DNA of 63,229 nt, the filler included, from Rhabdomonas costata (lineage: Eukaryota): the NCBI GenBank assembly GCA_019059605.1. It is 30 parts of 30 records of this genome, joined end to end, with 100 filler letters (N's around TTAATTAATTAA, not from the genome) between each part and the next. Parts side by side here need not be neighbours in the genome. Positions count along the whole stretch, not along the records: positions 48,556 to 50,566 come from JAHMHO010006442.1; positions 50,667 to 52,677 come from JAHMHO010006443.1; positions 52,778 to 54,788 come from JAHMHO010006444.1; positions 54,889 to 56,897 come from JAHMHO010006445.1; positions 56,998 to 59,008 come from JAHMHO010006446.1; positions 59,109 to 61,118 come from JAHMHO010006447.1; positions 61,219 to 63,229 come from JAHMHO010006448.1; 23 more parts are not named here. One strand, written 5' to 3'. Shown here in pieces: positions 49,498 through 61,480 of the stretch. Position 1 is the stretch's first letter. Each line of letters opens with the position of its first letter. Below the pieces are notes generated by a model that did no database searches, had not been told where the DNA came from, and saw nothing but the letters and a program-made list of their open reading frames with translations. The translations under genes were made by a program, and so were the position numbers.

Positions 49498-50462
49498 CTT
49501 GAAGAACCAGTACACGATGACCGTCTGCATCACCAGGCCCCCAGCAAAGGCGTCAACCATAAACAGGGCGCTCAGCCTGGCAACCACCCTGCGGGTGCTT
49601 TGGCGGTGCAGTCCAAGCCAGGCCCCACACAAAGCGCGCCTGGTGGAATCCTCGCCGCTGGGGCGCAGCTCAATACGCAGAGCAAGCAGAACGCATAAGG
49701 TGCTTCAAATGACGTACAGTCGCGGCATCGGACAGATTTTAAAAAAATTTCATCAAGGCTCATTACCCCGAAGCGCATAAACTACCCGGCACTTGCTGTT
49801 TGTTGTTCAAGCGAATTTAAGTGCCAAACCGGACAACAATGGGGACGCCAGCGAGCTACAGTAGATGCAAAGATACTGCTGCCCTGTGGCAGTCCTCTGC
49901 CCTCTATTTGCGACAAGTCAATGGAACCGGAGCAGAAGATGCAAACGTTTGATAGTGTTATTGTGTGCGCGGGTGAGTCAGACTCTTGTAAAACGATAAT
50001 TTTTCTCAGGACCGTCCAGTAATGCATGCGGTTAGAACCAAGCAGTGTGACAGCTGTGACGGAGGGTTGGCCGTTCCGAACCCCCAAACGAGGCACCTCC
50101 AACTTCTGCCAGCAGCTCCGCCTTTCGCGGCAGGGCCTGGGACTCCACCGCAGGAGACATCCTGAGGTAAAGCCCGCACAACACCCCCCCCAGCAGGGCG
50201 TAGCTCAGCACCGCTCCGCGAAGGGCGTCCACCAGCGCCAAGGAGTGGCCCAGCAGGGGAAGCGGGGTAGCTTGCAGTGCGTGCACCAGCATCCCGCCAC
50301 ACAGCGCCCCGGCGGCCAGGGCCAGGCTGGCCAGGAAGGTGTATACCCCGATCAGCCCGGCAATCTCCCCGGAGCTCGTGGCGAGCTCCGTGAGGGCGGC
50401 CTGCTCCACGGCCAGAAAGGGCCCCGTCTCTCCGCCGGTCACGGTGACCACCCCAATCGTGC
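49498..50462 (-). CDS. Major facilitator superfamily transporter (exons 50462-50097 and ~49670-49498)
   Basis: TIGVVTVTGGETGPFLAVEQAAL.. with hydrophobic helices, then VVARLSALFMVDAFAGGLVMQTVIVYWF. Confidence 0.85.
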
Positions 50463-53001
50463 CTGACACCACCACATTAAATAAACAATGTGACACAGCG
50501 CTCCAATCCGTTATTCATTCTGGAATTTTTTTTACAAGGCTTCATCAGTGCGTGAGACCCCAACCCNNNNNNNNNNNNNNNNNNNNNNNNNNNNNNNNNN
50601 NNNNNNNNNNTTAATTAATTAANNNNNNNNNNNNNNNNNNNNNNNNNNNNNNNNNNNNNNNNNNNNTCATTCGACTTGAAGTGCGCGAGTTGGGAAGGTC
50701 AAATCCACGCCGGTTGCGCTCGGGTTCTGCTCATTCAAAAATTGGGCAGAGCTAGTGGTCGTTAGGCCTCCGCGTATTTCAATGGAGGGGATGGAAGAAA
50801 CTTCGGCAAAGTGGATAATCCACTGTGATACAAGGGCAAGAGCGATGATGCAAGCCTTGCCACAAACGGGCACAGTAATTCGGTCCGATCAGGGGTAATT
50901 CAATGAGAATTGTTTTGTCCCCCATTACCCAAAGTAATCCCAACAACTTCGGGAGCTATGAGACCGACCTCAACGCTACTCGTAAGCCTGATTGAAAAGA
51001 CTAATTGGGTGTGGTCAAAACCGTATACTCAGAACACATGCTTTTTAGCCTCAATAGCAGCAAAACGTTTCGCATGCATACATACTAGCCTAGCGGGATT
51101 TTATTATATTATTATTAGCGTTCCCAGGACTTCAATTGGAAACGTGTAAACTAAATTGTGAGTTTGGGGACCTAACTTGACTTACGTGCTGGGACACGAA
51201 TAGGGAGGAGATGCGCATATCCGTTATCTCGGCTTCAACGGTTGGGCTTCCGGGAAACCGTGTCTCTTTCTACGTTTGTGTCAGCCATTCATGGACAGAC
51301 CAAGGACGTATGCACCGAGAAAATTGGGAAGAGGCACTCACTGATACCACAACAGCTTCACGGGTAGGGGGCATCGACTCCACCGCCATCACAGCAAGAT
51401 GCGAAGAAGATCCTCCCTCCTAGTGAAAAGTCAGACTGGTGGCAACGCGCACCATGGAATCTTTGCATAGGGAGAAAGAGGGACAAGGTTTTGCGAAAAT
51501 GTTGGGCACAGACTGCCCTTTAGCAAATGTGCCTTCGGAGTCAGGAAGGAGCTCATCATTGCGGATGGGCTGTTCTGCAGCTCAGCGCAGGACATGCCAG
51601 TCGTTGCCCCAGAACCAGGACAAATTCTGCTCTTTCCCAAAGCAAAGCGCGCAGTGCCCACGAAGCAATTTAGGCAGCCAACGAGGCAAGAGTTGAAGTG
51701 AGGCGGCGTGCCATACGGGGTGTCCGGGGTTAGGCATCTGAAGTTCTCGTGCTGCACTGAAAAACTTCGGCGACCGCAAGGTCTGTCCGCGCAAAAGCAC
51801 ACATACAAACGTGCTGAAGAGCGAAGCTATAAAGAGGAACGTATTTTGGGGTTTGTCTGTCTCGCATGGTGCGCTGGCTGGTTGTTGGTGACAGCTAGCG
51901 ACAAATGGGCGCACACGCTGAGACAACAGGTGCTCGGGAGAGTAGTCCTCGGAGCGCTATCAGCTCACTGCCTTTACATTACCACCACATGTGGTAACCT
52001 GCCTTCCGACCGATGGACCCATGGGAGAACGGAGATCCTGTGGCGGGGGGGGGGGAGGCAATATCGTTAAGCGATCACCCCACCCCACCTACACCGAGAC
52101 ATACAGGCTGCGCGCAAGGCACAGGAGACGGTGGGGACGGCTGCACCTGCGCGCAGAAGCACCAAAACTGAGCTTGAGAGCCGCTGCATCTCTCGTACCC
52201 TCGTATCCCTAGCACTGCGCTATAAAAATCACGTGCGTGAGCCGATAAAGGGCAAGCGCAAGCGGAACGAGAGTACACACGCCTGCAAGTAACGCCCCTG
52301 CAATAGGAAAACCTTGGGGGGGGGGGTTGAGACACATCCGTCACAACAGAACAGCGTCCAAGGGACAAAGCGATGTTTGACAATGTTTGAGAAAGATGGC
52401 ACTCCAAAAGTAGACAGAATGCATTGCCGGGCTAATCCAGCTCACAGCTCGATAAGGCATGCCCGTACAGACGGGGGTGCCAAGTAGAATGCATATTTTT
52501 CAATCAAAGAAACAGAAAAAATGGTGATCATGCGTGTAGGGAAAAGGACAGCTAGGGAAGCAGGAAGCGATACATAAGGGGTGGTGGTACAAACCATCTG
52601 GGCATTGGACTGCGGAGTTCCCACCTGCGCAAGAAGGCCACGGCGACACAAAAAAAGGTAAATGGGCACAGAAAGTANNNNNNNNNNNNNNNNNNNNNNN
52701 NNNNNNNNNNNNNNNNNNNNNTTAATTAATTAANNNNNNNNNNNNNNNNNNNNNNNNNNNNNNNNNNNNNNNNNNNNGTGTGTGGGTGGTGGACGTGTGT
52801 GGTGTTGTCCCTGGCGATGGGCCGAGATCTTTGATTCTGTTGAACCTCAGCCCCCCAATTCAGCCATGCACAGCCCGTACCTGGAGACCAGTGATACACA
52901 GACTTCTGCGGAATGGCTGGTCTCTCGTTATCCTGTCGGCGTTCCCCACTTTCCGCACTCTTCCTTCTCACAAACCCAAGCCTTGTCATCCCTTTTCTTA
53001 G

Positions 53002-53325
53002 GAGTGGATGTACAGCCTCGCTGGGCGGCAGACCAGCACCATCTACGGCGAGCTCAGCCCTAGCCATGCAGCCGCCTCTTCAAGCTCCGCCAGTGCTGTG
53101 TGTGACCGGGCTTCCCCGTTGGAAGCACTGTCTCAGCTCTTCAGCGCGTACCTGCGGCAGCTCCGGGCAGGTGCCCCGTTTGCTCCTGAGGAGATCCCGA
53201 TGGAGGCGGTGGTCGCGGAGCCTCCGTCGAGCCCTGAGGCCAAGGATGTGGCCCAGGCCCTGTCTGCCTTGGCACAAGTGGTACAGACGTACCCGAATGG
53301 CATGGAGATTCCGTTTAAGCCGTAA
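53002..53325 (+). CDS. Probable terminal exon of an unknown protein
   Basis: Acceptor cttag|, then a GC-rich frame ..PLEALSQLFSAYLRQL..GMEIPFKP*. Confidence 0.5.
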   Translation, partial: EWMYSLAGRQTSTIYGELSPSHAAASSSSASAVCDRASPLEALSQLFSAYLRQLRAGAPFAPEEIPMEAVVAEPPSSPEAKDVAQALSALAQVVQTYPNGMEIPFKP

Positions 53326-56300
53326 GATATAACTGTGAGGCATTTGTCGGCTATAGATCTCCCCTCCCCACTTGTTGAGGGTTGGATGGCCTTATCATCC
53401 CGTCGCCACCACGGCTACTGCGCACCCCGTCACCTCCTGTCATGCTTTGTTTACTTTGAGCTTGCTTTCACTTTCCTTCCGTTCCACTCGAAAGGAGGAA
53501 CACTGGCTCGGAATAGAATAGCCGTGATTGCGTGGGAATTGCTGTTTGTGTTCTTTTTGCTGTTTTTCCCGCACCTGTCAAACGGGTGGGCGACTGTGCA
53601 AAGTGTTTTTTCAGCGGTCATATCATTCAGGATGCAGAAGAAGGGGGAGAAGCATGCCTTAATATATGCCGTTGTGAGGAACTTGCATTTTAAGCTAGCG
53701 TCGTGCCCGCACATACAAGCTGAGGATACTGGCTGGTTGGAAACAGTGGAAGGTTTGTGTGTGCGCGCGCGGGCGCGTGTGCGTGTGTCGGGTGTGGGAT
53801 AGGTTTTGAATCGCGCAGGGGTCGCATCATGGCATCCTCTCGGCCAGCTTCTTCTTTTCGTTGCCCTGCATTCTAAAGGGAATGCCGGAAATGGCTGACA
53901 TCAGCTGCGGGTTTTTTCTTTCCCTTTCTCTTCCTTTTGGACCCTGTGTGTGGGCGAGCGCCGTGCGGCGGGGGAATCGATCTGCACCGGATCTGGAGCA
54001 TCCTGTGGGGAAGCGAAGAGGAAATGTTTGCCACCTTGTCTCCCTTGTTTTCCTCTGTCCAGCACTGGGAAAGTCCTTTCTGGTAAGAGTACCCCTTGCA
54101 CCCCTCTGCGTTGGTTGAAGCTGCCATTCAGTTGTTCTTCCAACCTTATGGGCTCAAGTGTGCACCCGTGGTGTGGACTAATGGCAGGCGTTAGGACTTG
54201 TAATCATAGAAATTGGTTCTCTCGGTAGCTTTGTGAACGACCAACGAAGGTCTGACCTTCCACCGTCGGAGTGGTGCACATATTGCTCGTTTTGATGAAC
54301 CTCAGGGTGGCTGTCAGTCCAATTTGCTCTTTGCTGGCTAGTCGATGCATGCAATATCAAATCAAAAGCTCTCTTTCCAGTTCCATCGGAGCGAGTAGAT
54401 ACTCTCTTATCCGACAAGCTGTCGCGCTGCTTTCGCTCCTGTAAGTATGGATGTAAGTAGCGATGGCGGGGGTTGCCCACAGCACTTCAAAAGAAAGGGG
54501 ATCGGGCCTGCACTGACTGCGAGCCTTTGGCCTTGCAGCAAAACTTCCTGGTGGGGGAAGGAGTGAATGACTATGTACGTGAGTGGCCAAATCTGTCTTT
54601 GTACGGGCCGAATCAAGCACGAATGCACGTTTTCTCTCTCACTGTCGTTCTTTCCTATGCTGCAGTTTTTTTTCAGCTCGATTCCTCTTTGTTGTGTCTT
54701 CCTCTTGCGTGCCGTCCCCGAAACGCGCCCCCACCCCCTCTTTCCCAGGAAACATGGAGCAATCGGGGCTCTCCCTCTCCCCACCACANNNNNNNNNNNN
54801 NNNNNNNNNNNNNNNNNNNNNNNNNNNNNNNNTTAATTAATTAANNNNNNNNNNNNNNNNNNNNNNNNNNNNNNNNNNNNNNNNNNNNTGGGGGGGTGTC
54901 CCCATAATGCACTACGGGATACGGGGTCGTAATTCCACTTTGCCGATGTACATATAAAAGCATTTTGCTTGCAGTATCCAATGAGTCCAGCTACAAAAAA
55001 GATACAGATTTATCTCATTTTTGTGGCGCTTATAGAAGAGAGAAAATATGCAAATCAAATTTACATAAAATATTTAATGCGGTTTACATCACACTTCTGA
55101 ATTGGGTAATTCCGCTGATCATCTAAATGCAGCATTTTTACGTTTTTGACTATTCTGATTTTAAAATAGTTTTACAAGCGTTCTTGAATATTATTATTCT
55201 AAATAATTCTTGAACTTGAATGTCCACAAACTGCAAGTTATACTGTGGCAAAAAACACTGACCAAAATAATTGACGAAAACAATGCACCAAAAACTTTAG
55301 AAAACATTGAGACAAAACGATATAAATAGCCTAAGGGTAATACATACAGAGTGGAAGACAGGAAGCGGAAAGAGTGGGGGCAAATATAATTGACATGAAA
55401 TAAAGTAACACAAACAATAAACACAATTAATATTAAGCAAAGTGAAACATTAAAAATTTCTGCTTCAAAGGGAATGTTAGCATTTTAGTACTGTAAATAA
55501 GCACAGAAACAAAGCGAAAATAGCCTCGAATTTGATGCCAGTATATTGCCGTGCATTTTGTAAAGGTTTTCTCACGGTTATTTAAGCAAAAATGTTGCGG
55601 TACTGTTCCGCGTGGATTTTCATGATTATAATATTGTACTGATATTTTTGGTTTGTTTGTGCAACTGAGCTTGATCACCTGTGGTGGTCAGTTGCATGGT
55701 GAAACTAACTTTCTGTGAAAATTGGAGTGGTTGCGTCACATGGCATCTGTGTAAACTCATGTCATAGAGACTAAAAGTCACAGCATACAAAACTGAAGTG
55801 ACATAAATGTTCTTAAACACCGCATGACACGCTCTTGTATTTGTAAATTTCAGTGGTCAATAAGTGTGTGTAGCGCTCGTCATACATGTGGTTGTCAAAG
55901 GCAATTTAATCATCACTCTTAGAAGAGCGTGCTGCTTGCACACTCGACATGCTCATCTTGCATGGAAGTGGAATTGTTAAACATTATTGTTCATGTCTAT
56001 GGGCTGATCAATTTCAAGTTATCGCTCGAAATTGAACTTGTCACTGAGTTTTTACTTCGCAAAAGCTGGAGAGCTACTCATAATTTTATTATTAATTGCT
56101 TCAATTGTTTCACGGACTAATGTCAATCATTTGACATAGTTGTGGTTTGGAATAGACGGTACATTGCGTAAGAGTTGGTTACGGTTAATTTTGTTTTATT
56201 TTAATTTGCTTTGGTGAATTTTTAGCGAACATATTTCATCCGTTTTTGGTGATTACATGCGCACGTATTTGAATACGTGAATACGGTACACTCACTGTTA

Positions 56301-56519
56301 GTATACGTAACCATATACAGAAACCGTAAGAGTATGTCTGTTACATAACAAACCAAATACCAGATGCATCAAGCGTTGGTAACAGTACACAAGCTGTAAG
56401 CACACCCCGCTGAAAAGTAAACTTGCGTGCGTTAATATAATTACAATAGTCATTCCACGAAGCCCTAGAATGACTACTTGGCCTCACTTGCATCGAAGAA
56501 GAGACAAGATGCCACCAGT

Positions 56520-56690
56520 GCGGAGTCCATAGTGACACAAAATGGAAGCAGCTGACCAAATGCTCGTGGTCTGGAACCACTGCACGCAAACACAGCGTCT
56601 TCAAAGAGAAAATGCATGTAATCTGTCAAGACGGAAACATCTTGGCACTAATGAACAGCGCCTCTAGAAGCATCCTATACTATTACACGC
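56520..56690 (-). mobile_element. Possible decayed MULE (Mutator) transposase fragment in an AT-rich contig
   Basis: YRMLLEAL..ITC.. / FEDA (shifted frame) / AVVPDHEHLVSCFHF resembles the DFE.A...vfP....C.FH motif. Confidence 0.3.
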
Positions 56691-59108
56691 CGACATGCTG
56701 CTCCATCACCTGCTTCTAAACGTACCACGCGCTTTGGATTTCATGGTGTGGTCGCTTAGTGGCAGGGCCAAAGATCACTTGGACAACGCACCACTGCACA
56801 AGAATAAGCGCCACCTTCCGGGATTCCAGGACGCAGTATGGAGGAGTCCGCGGACACTATGGTGGATTACATCACTAGGCCATCTCGTTCACAACAANNN
56901 NNNNNNNNNNNNNNNNNNNNNNNNNNNNNNNNNNNNNNNNNTTAATTAATTAANNNNNNNNNNNNNNNNNNNNNNNNNNNNNNNNNNNNNNNNNNNNGTG
57001 TTGGGGTGGACAACACATTCCGACAGACAGATACACACACAATGGCGGTGTTTCTCCCTATGTTGCTTTCTCCTGCAGGACGACCACGTGCTGTCAGAGC
57101 GTCAGCCGTACTCCCAGCAGGCCTTCTCCCCGAAGCCCCTCCTGCCGGACTTGCAGAGCTGGATCCCAGAGCCCGATCCTGGGGGCCTCACCCCACACTC
57201 TCCAAGCCACCAGGTGCATGCGCATTCGTCATAGCAGCGCTTTGTCTCCTTGGGAAGCCTCATCATGAAGGATAGGGCGTAAAGTTGAATGCAGGAGCTC
57301 TGTGTGCGAGGCTTTTTGTTGATCACGAGGGTTCTCCTGGGGAGGGGGATATTTCTTATTTTTACCCACCTGCTGCAAACAGTTGCGCATTATTTTGTCT
57401 TCCTTGGTTTTGGGAAACCCCTTCTCTCGCTACCCCCACCCTCTACTTCACGGGCCATCCGGCAGCCTGTAGTTGAGCCCTGGTCGGGCACATCAAAGTA
57501 TCAAGGTAATCTGAAGCAGTGATTCGGAAATGTAGTCACATTACGCACACGCACAACACACACAGGGGGGCGGGGAGGCGATGACTAGCGAGCGGCTGCT
57601 ATTGGCGGCCCTGAACAGCCGCCCGGCGCGGCACCAACCTGCTGTGCCGTTCCTAGACAGCACAGCGATCACCGAGGTCTTCCCTTGAGGGAGAGGGGGG
57701 CAGATTTTTGGATGACTTCTCCACCATTTTGTTTTTTTTTCTACCATTTGTTTTTACGCTTGTTTCACCCTTTGAACGTCGTATTTCAAGAGCCTAATCT
57801 CCACCACCGTGAACCGAGGTGGGTGCGAAGGTTTGGTCTGGCCGTGCTTCACCAAGGAGTGCCTCTTGGCTGTTTGTCAAGGCTATTGCGGCGTGCTGTG
57901 GTTGGGGACTGTTGCGTGGGCTCCCAGTTCACGGGTTTCTCCCCGCCCGTGTGGCGGTGATGGCTGCCGTGCTGGAGTACTGGAAGCACAGTGGTAGAAC
58001 TTCATAGGACACTGAGCCAAGCAGAAACCCGAACTATCTTTCTTTCAATGTGACAATCCTGCGCTTTCACCCTCTGCAGGTTTGGTACCCTCACAAAGCT
58101 TTGCTGTTATGCTGCCTTTTCTTGGGTGGTGGGAAAGCCGACTAAGAAAAGGAAACCTGTCTCTCAATCCATAGTAGAAGCAAGTTGATCTGAAGTAATG
58201 CGCCAGCATCCGTAGTCGTTTGACACCATTCAAGCATTCACATTAGTTTTATTTGACTGCTCCCTCCTCTTCCCTCTTCCCTCCAAACTCATCCGCTTGT
58301 CGGTGTGCCGCGCAGCCCCAGCCGTGGCCGGAGCCGACGGCAGGACCCCTGATGGGCCGCCCTCCTCGGCCCTACAGTGTGCTGCTGCAGTCGGGGCGGC
58401 GCAGCTCCACAGGCTCCGCGGTGTACGACCACCTCGAGGTGAGTGAGTGTCTACACTTGTGTGTGCGTGCGTGCGTGCGTTGGGCACATAGCGCTCACAT
58501 ACCTCTAGGCTGCTGCCTGACTGGCTGTTGGGGACCAGTATCGACTCACAGGCGCACGCGCTGTTGGCCACGGGGTCTTGCTGGAGGGATCTTCAGAGAA
58601 TACGGTACTGTGGGTGCTGGCTCACCGTCATGTGGGAAAATTCTTTTCACCCCACGTCCCGGGCCTTTTGTCGCGCGCGGGCGTTTATAAGTGTGCGTGC
58701 GTGTGCGCGTGTCCACACTTGCCAATGAACAAAGTGTGTATGTGCATCTGTTAGTCAGAAGATGGACTGAGCATCACTAGCAGAAGAAGAGGGGAAGAGG
58801 AAAGACCAGGAAGCCGGAGAACTTCGTGCTGAAGCCGAGAGCTTGCGCGTGCCCGTTGTGGCCTCCCTCACTCTCTCTCTCTCTCAGTCTCACCGTTCTG
58901 GGGGTGCCCCCATTGGCTTGCGGCCCCGCAAGGACCGCCCCTTGCTGCTGCAGTCCTTAGCCGGGGTCTCACCCTCTTCATGGCCGAGCCTGACGGCTTC
59001 CACCCCCCNNNNNNNNNNNNNNNNNNNNNNNNNNNNNNNNNNNNNNNNNNNNTTAATTAATTAANNNNNNNNNNNNNNNNNNNNNNNNNNNNNNNNNNNN
59101 NNNNNNNN

Positions 59109-59304
59109 GTCCTTGGCCGAGATCGCTTTCTGGCGGACGTCGTGCTGGCGTGGCCCCCAGCGCCGCGGCTGGTGAGCCGCGTGCACTGTCAGGTGGTGCG
59201 GTCCGCTCGCGGGTCGGTCTACCTCACGGACTTGGGCAGCCGCAACGGCACCTCGGTCAACGGGCGCTCGCTGATGCCCTACCGGCCCGCTCTCCTGTGC
59301 CACG
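59109..59304 (+). CDS. FHA domain exon (gene continues from about 59981 into a Ser/Pro-rich region)
   Basis: VLGRD..LVSRVHCQV..VYLTDLGSRNGTSVNG contains the GR, SRxH and SxNGT motifs. Confidence 0.92.
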
Positions 59305-59650
59305 GTGTGGGGGGCTTCGTTTCTCACTCTGTGCTCTGTGCGAAAGCTGAGAGAGGAAAGGACGTAAATCTCAAACGGAACCTTCGCGTTTCGCTGTAGC
59401 TTGTGGGATTGCCGCTAGTTCTGCATTGCTGTGCTGTGACTGAAAGTCTCTCCCCACGGACTCCCCACGGTCAAACCCGAATTTCCCATTAATTGCGGGA
59501 CAGCGAGTGTATTACTTGTGTGATGTTGGGTATTTTTATCCATCAGCAAAGCAAAGAATGTCTATGCGACAATTAAGTCAGAGTTTTCTTCTTTGACACG
59601 GGGACAGTTCTTTCTGCTTGTTGTACTGTATTTGTGTATGTTTTTTTTTA

Positions 59651-59708
59651 AAAAAAAACTATAAAAACTATAAAAAAAACTATAAAACTATAAAACTATA
59701 AAAAAAAG
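59651..59708 (+). repeat. Intronic microsatellite (AnCTAT) x5
   Basis: aaaaaaaactataaaaactataaaaaaaactataaaactataaaactataaaa. Confidence 0.9.
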
Positions 59709-61218
59709 AACTTTTTAACGGAAAAGTTCCTGTAGACGCAGGGTGAGCACCAAACAGACCGATTATAATACAAAATCAGAAATCACCTTCTAGTGTAACT
59801 GGGTGCACTTAACAGAGAGGCAGTCAAAGTCTCGGAACAAGCCTCGGTACAAAGGTGGGGGCAGTGGACCCGTTGCTGGAAATTGAAGTTGTCGCTTTGT
59901 TGGATTCACCTGTGACCTGTGGTATCCATGCGTCCTCAACTGACCAAAAGGAGACGTTGTGCGGCTCACCCGGTGCCCAGCCGCGGGGCTGTCCCCACTG
60001 GTGCCGTGCTTTACCGCTTGCCTGACCCCCAACGCACATTTTCTGTGCTTTGGAAGCACCCCACTGGCATTCCCTACCGAGCAACCGCAGCTGTTGCTGC
60101 CCTCAGAGGGCCCCGCATGCTCCCTGCCGCCTCCGTGGGGCCTTAGCCTTGGAACCCGCGCAAGGACATCGCGCAATACTATGGGAAGGCCTTCCTCTCA
60201 GGAGGCCTGTACCTCGTCGTCTGCCTCTTTTCTGCAGTGGGCTTCGGTTGGAAATGACAGGAGTGTGTCCCTGGCCCTTTCTGCGAGAACCCCAGCTTCT
60301 GCTGCTGTGCTGCCTCTGAGCGTCCAGGAGACGCCGTGTCCGGTTCCCTCCGCGGGAGGGGGCAGCCCCGAGGGTAGTGGGGTCTTTGTGACGGGGCATG
60401 CAGCACTCTCCTTCACGGGGGGCGCGTCGTCCCGCTCGCCAGCCGAGCGGTGGTCCACGATCTCTCACCTGTCGGGCTCTGTGGTGGAGGAGGTCTCCTC
60501 GATTACCCCCTGTGGCTGGGGTATGCCCCCACACATGCTTGCTGTGTTATAGTTTGGGCCTGACGAGCTGGTGGCGGAACACGTTTCGTAGTGTACCGCT
60601 CTTGGTTCAGGTTCCATTTGAATTAAAAGGGGTAGCAGAGGCTTGGAGCTGAATGAAAGTTACCAATCACAATAACGTGTCACGCCAACCAGAGCTGGAG
60701 AGCTGATCAAATGAGGGCAGTTTATGATTGTACTAAATGAGCCATGTGGATGACTTTTTGAGTGGCGTTTTGCTTCTTATGCAGCATCGACAAATAACAT
60801 GAGCGGTCCCCCAGATGAGCGCATTTTTCATTTCGCTGTCAGTTGTGTGGGGCCACTGGGAAACGTGGAGAGGTAGGGCAAAATTTCTTTGATGAAGTTG
60901 ATAACAGCCGGTCCATCTCAAGAGTCCTGTGACATGCTTCTTTCGAGAAAGAAGACCAATCGACTTCTTATGGCCCACTGCCAAGTTGTATCCTGATGGG
61001 AACTGTCTCTTCTGTTGAGCCTTGGACTTTCAGCTGCTTTTTTATACTCTGCTCAGACAGTGAACCTTCTCGAGTGCCTCAATGGAGCGCCACGTCCGAG
61101 GGCTCCTCCCCCACACCCNNNNNNNNNNNNNNNNNNNNNNNNNNNNNNNNNNNNNNNNNNNNTTAATTAATTAANNNNNNNNNNNNNNNNNNNNNNNNNN
61201 NNNNNNNNNNNNNNNNNN

Positions 61219-61480
61219 GGGTACAGGTGGCGTTGAGGCATTCATCTGGGGAATAAGGGCAGCATGCTTGGTACGGGAAATCACTGGGGCAGCAGGGCGC
61301 TTTGGAGCCGAAGCATTAGGAAGGGGAAAGGGTGGTGGTGGTGGTGGCGGCGGCGGCGGGGGTGGCAGTGACTGAGGCAGGCCCACTCGCGCCATCGGTG
61401 ATTTGGTGTTTTGCAGCGATAAGTCATGCCGGGCAGCGTTGAGGACAGAGCCAACCGATCCAAGCGGTCTGCAGAACCCC
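61219..61480 (-). CDS. Exon with a polyproline tract, unknown protein
   Basis: ARVGLPQSLPPPPPPPPPPPPFPLP.., encoded by mixed CCN codons. Confidence 0.45.

Larger units (their letters stand above)
2015..61218. other. 29 artificial 100-bp scaffolding linkers (N44-TTAATTAATTAA-N44) separating 30 unlinked ~2 kb contigs
   Basis: The same linker occurs at 2015-2114, 4129-4228, 6244-6343, 8358-8457, 10468-10567 and so on to 61119-61218. TTAATTAATTAA puts stops in all six frames. Contigs are 1988-2015 bp long. Confidence 0.99.

Noticed and set aside
59305..60034. Non-conventional (non-AG) intron end in the FHA gene, with G-rich and C-rich ends able to pair
   Set aside because: It would give a tidier FHA domain, but a conventional in-phase CAG acceptor exists at 59980. 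RNA data are needed to decide.
2015..61218. Regularly spaced TTAATTAATTAA palindrome as a CRISPR-like or biological repeat; ORFs ending in X..LIN
   Set aside because: It is always embedded in 44+44 Ns, so it is an artificial six-frame-stop linker. ORFs crossing it are artefacts.
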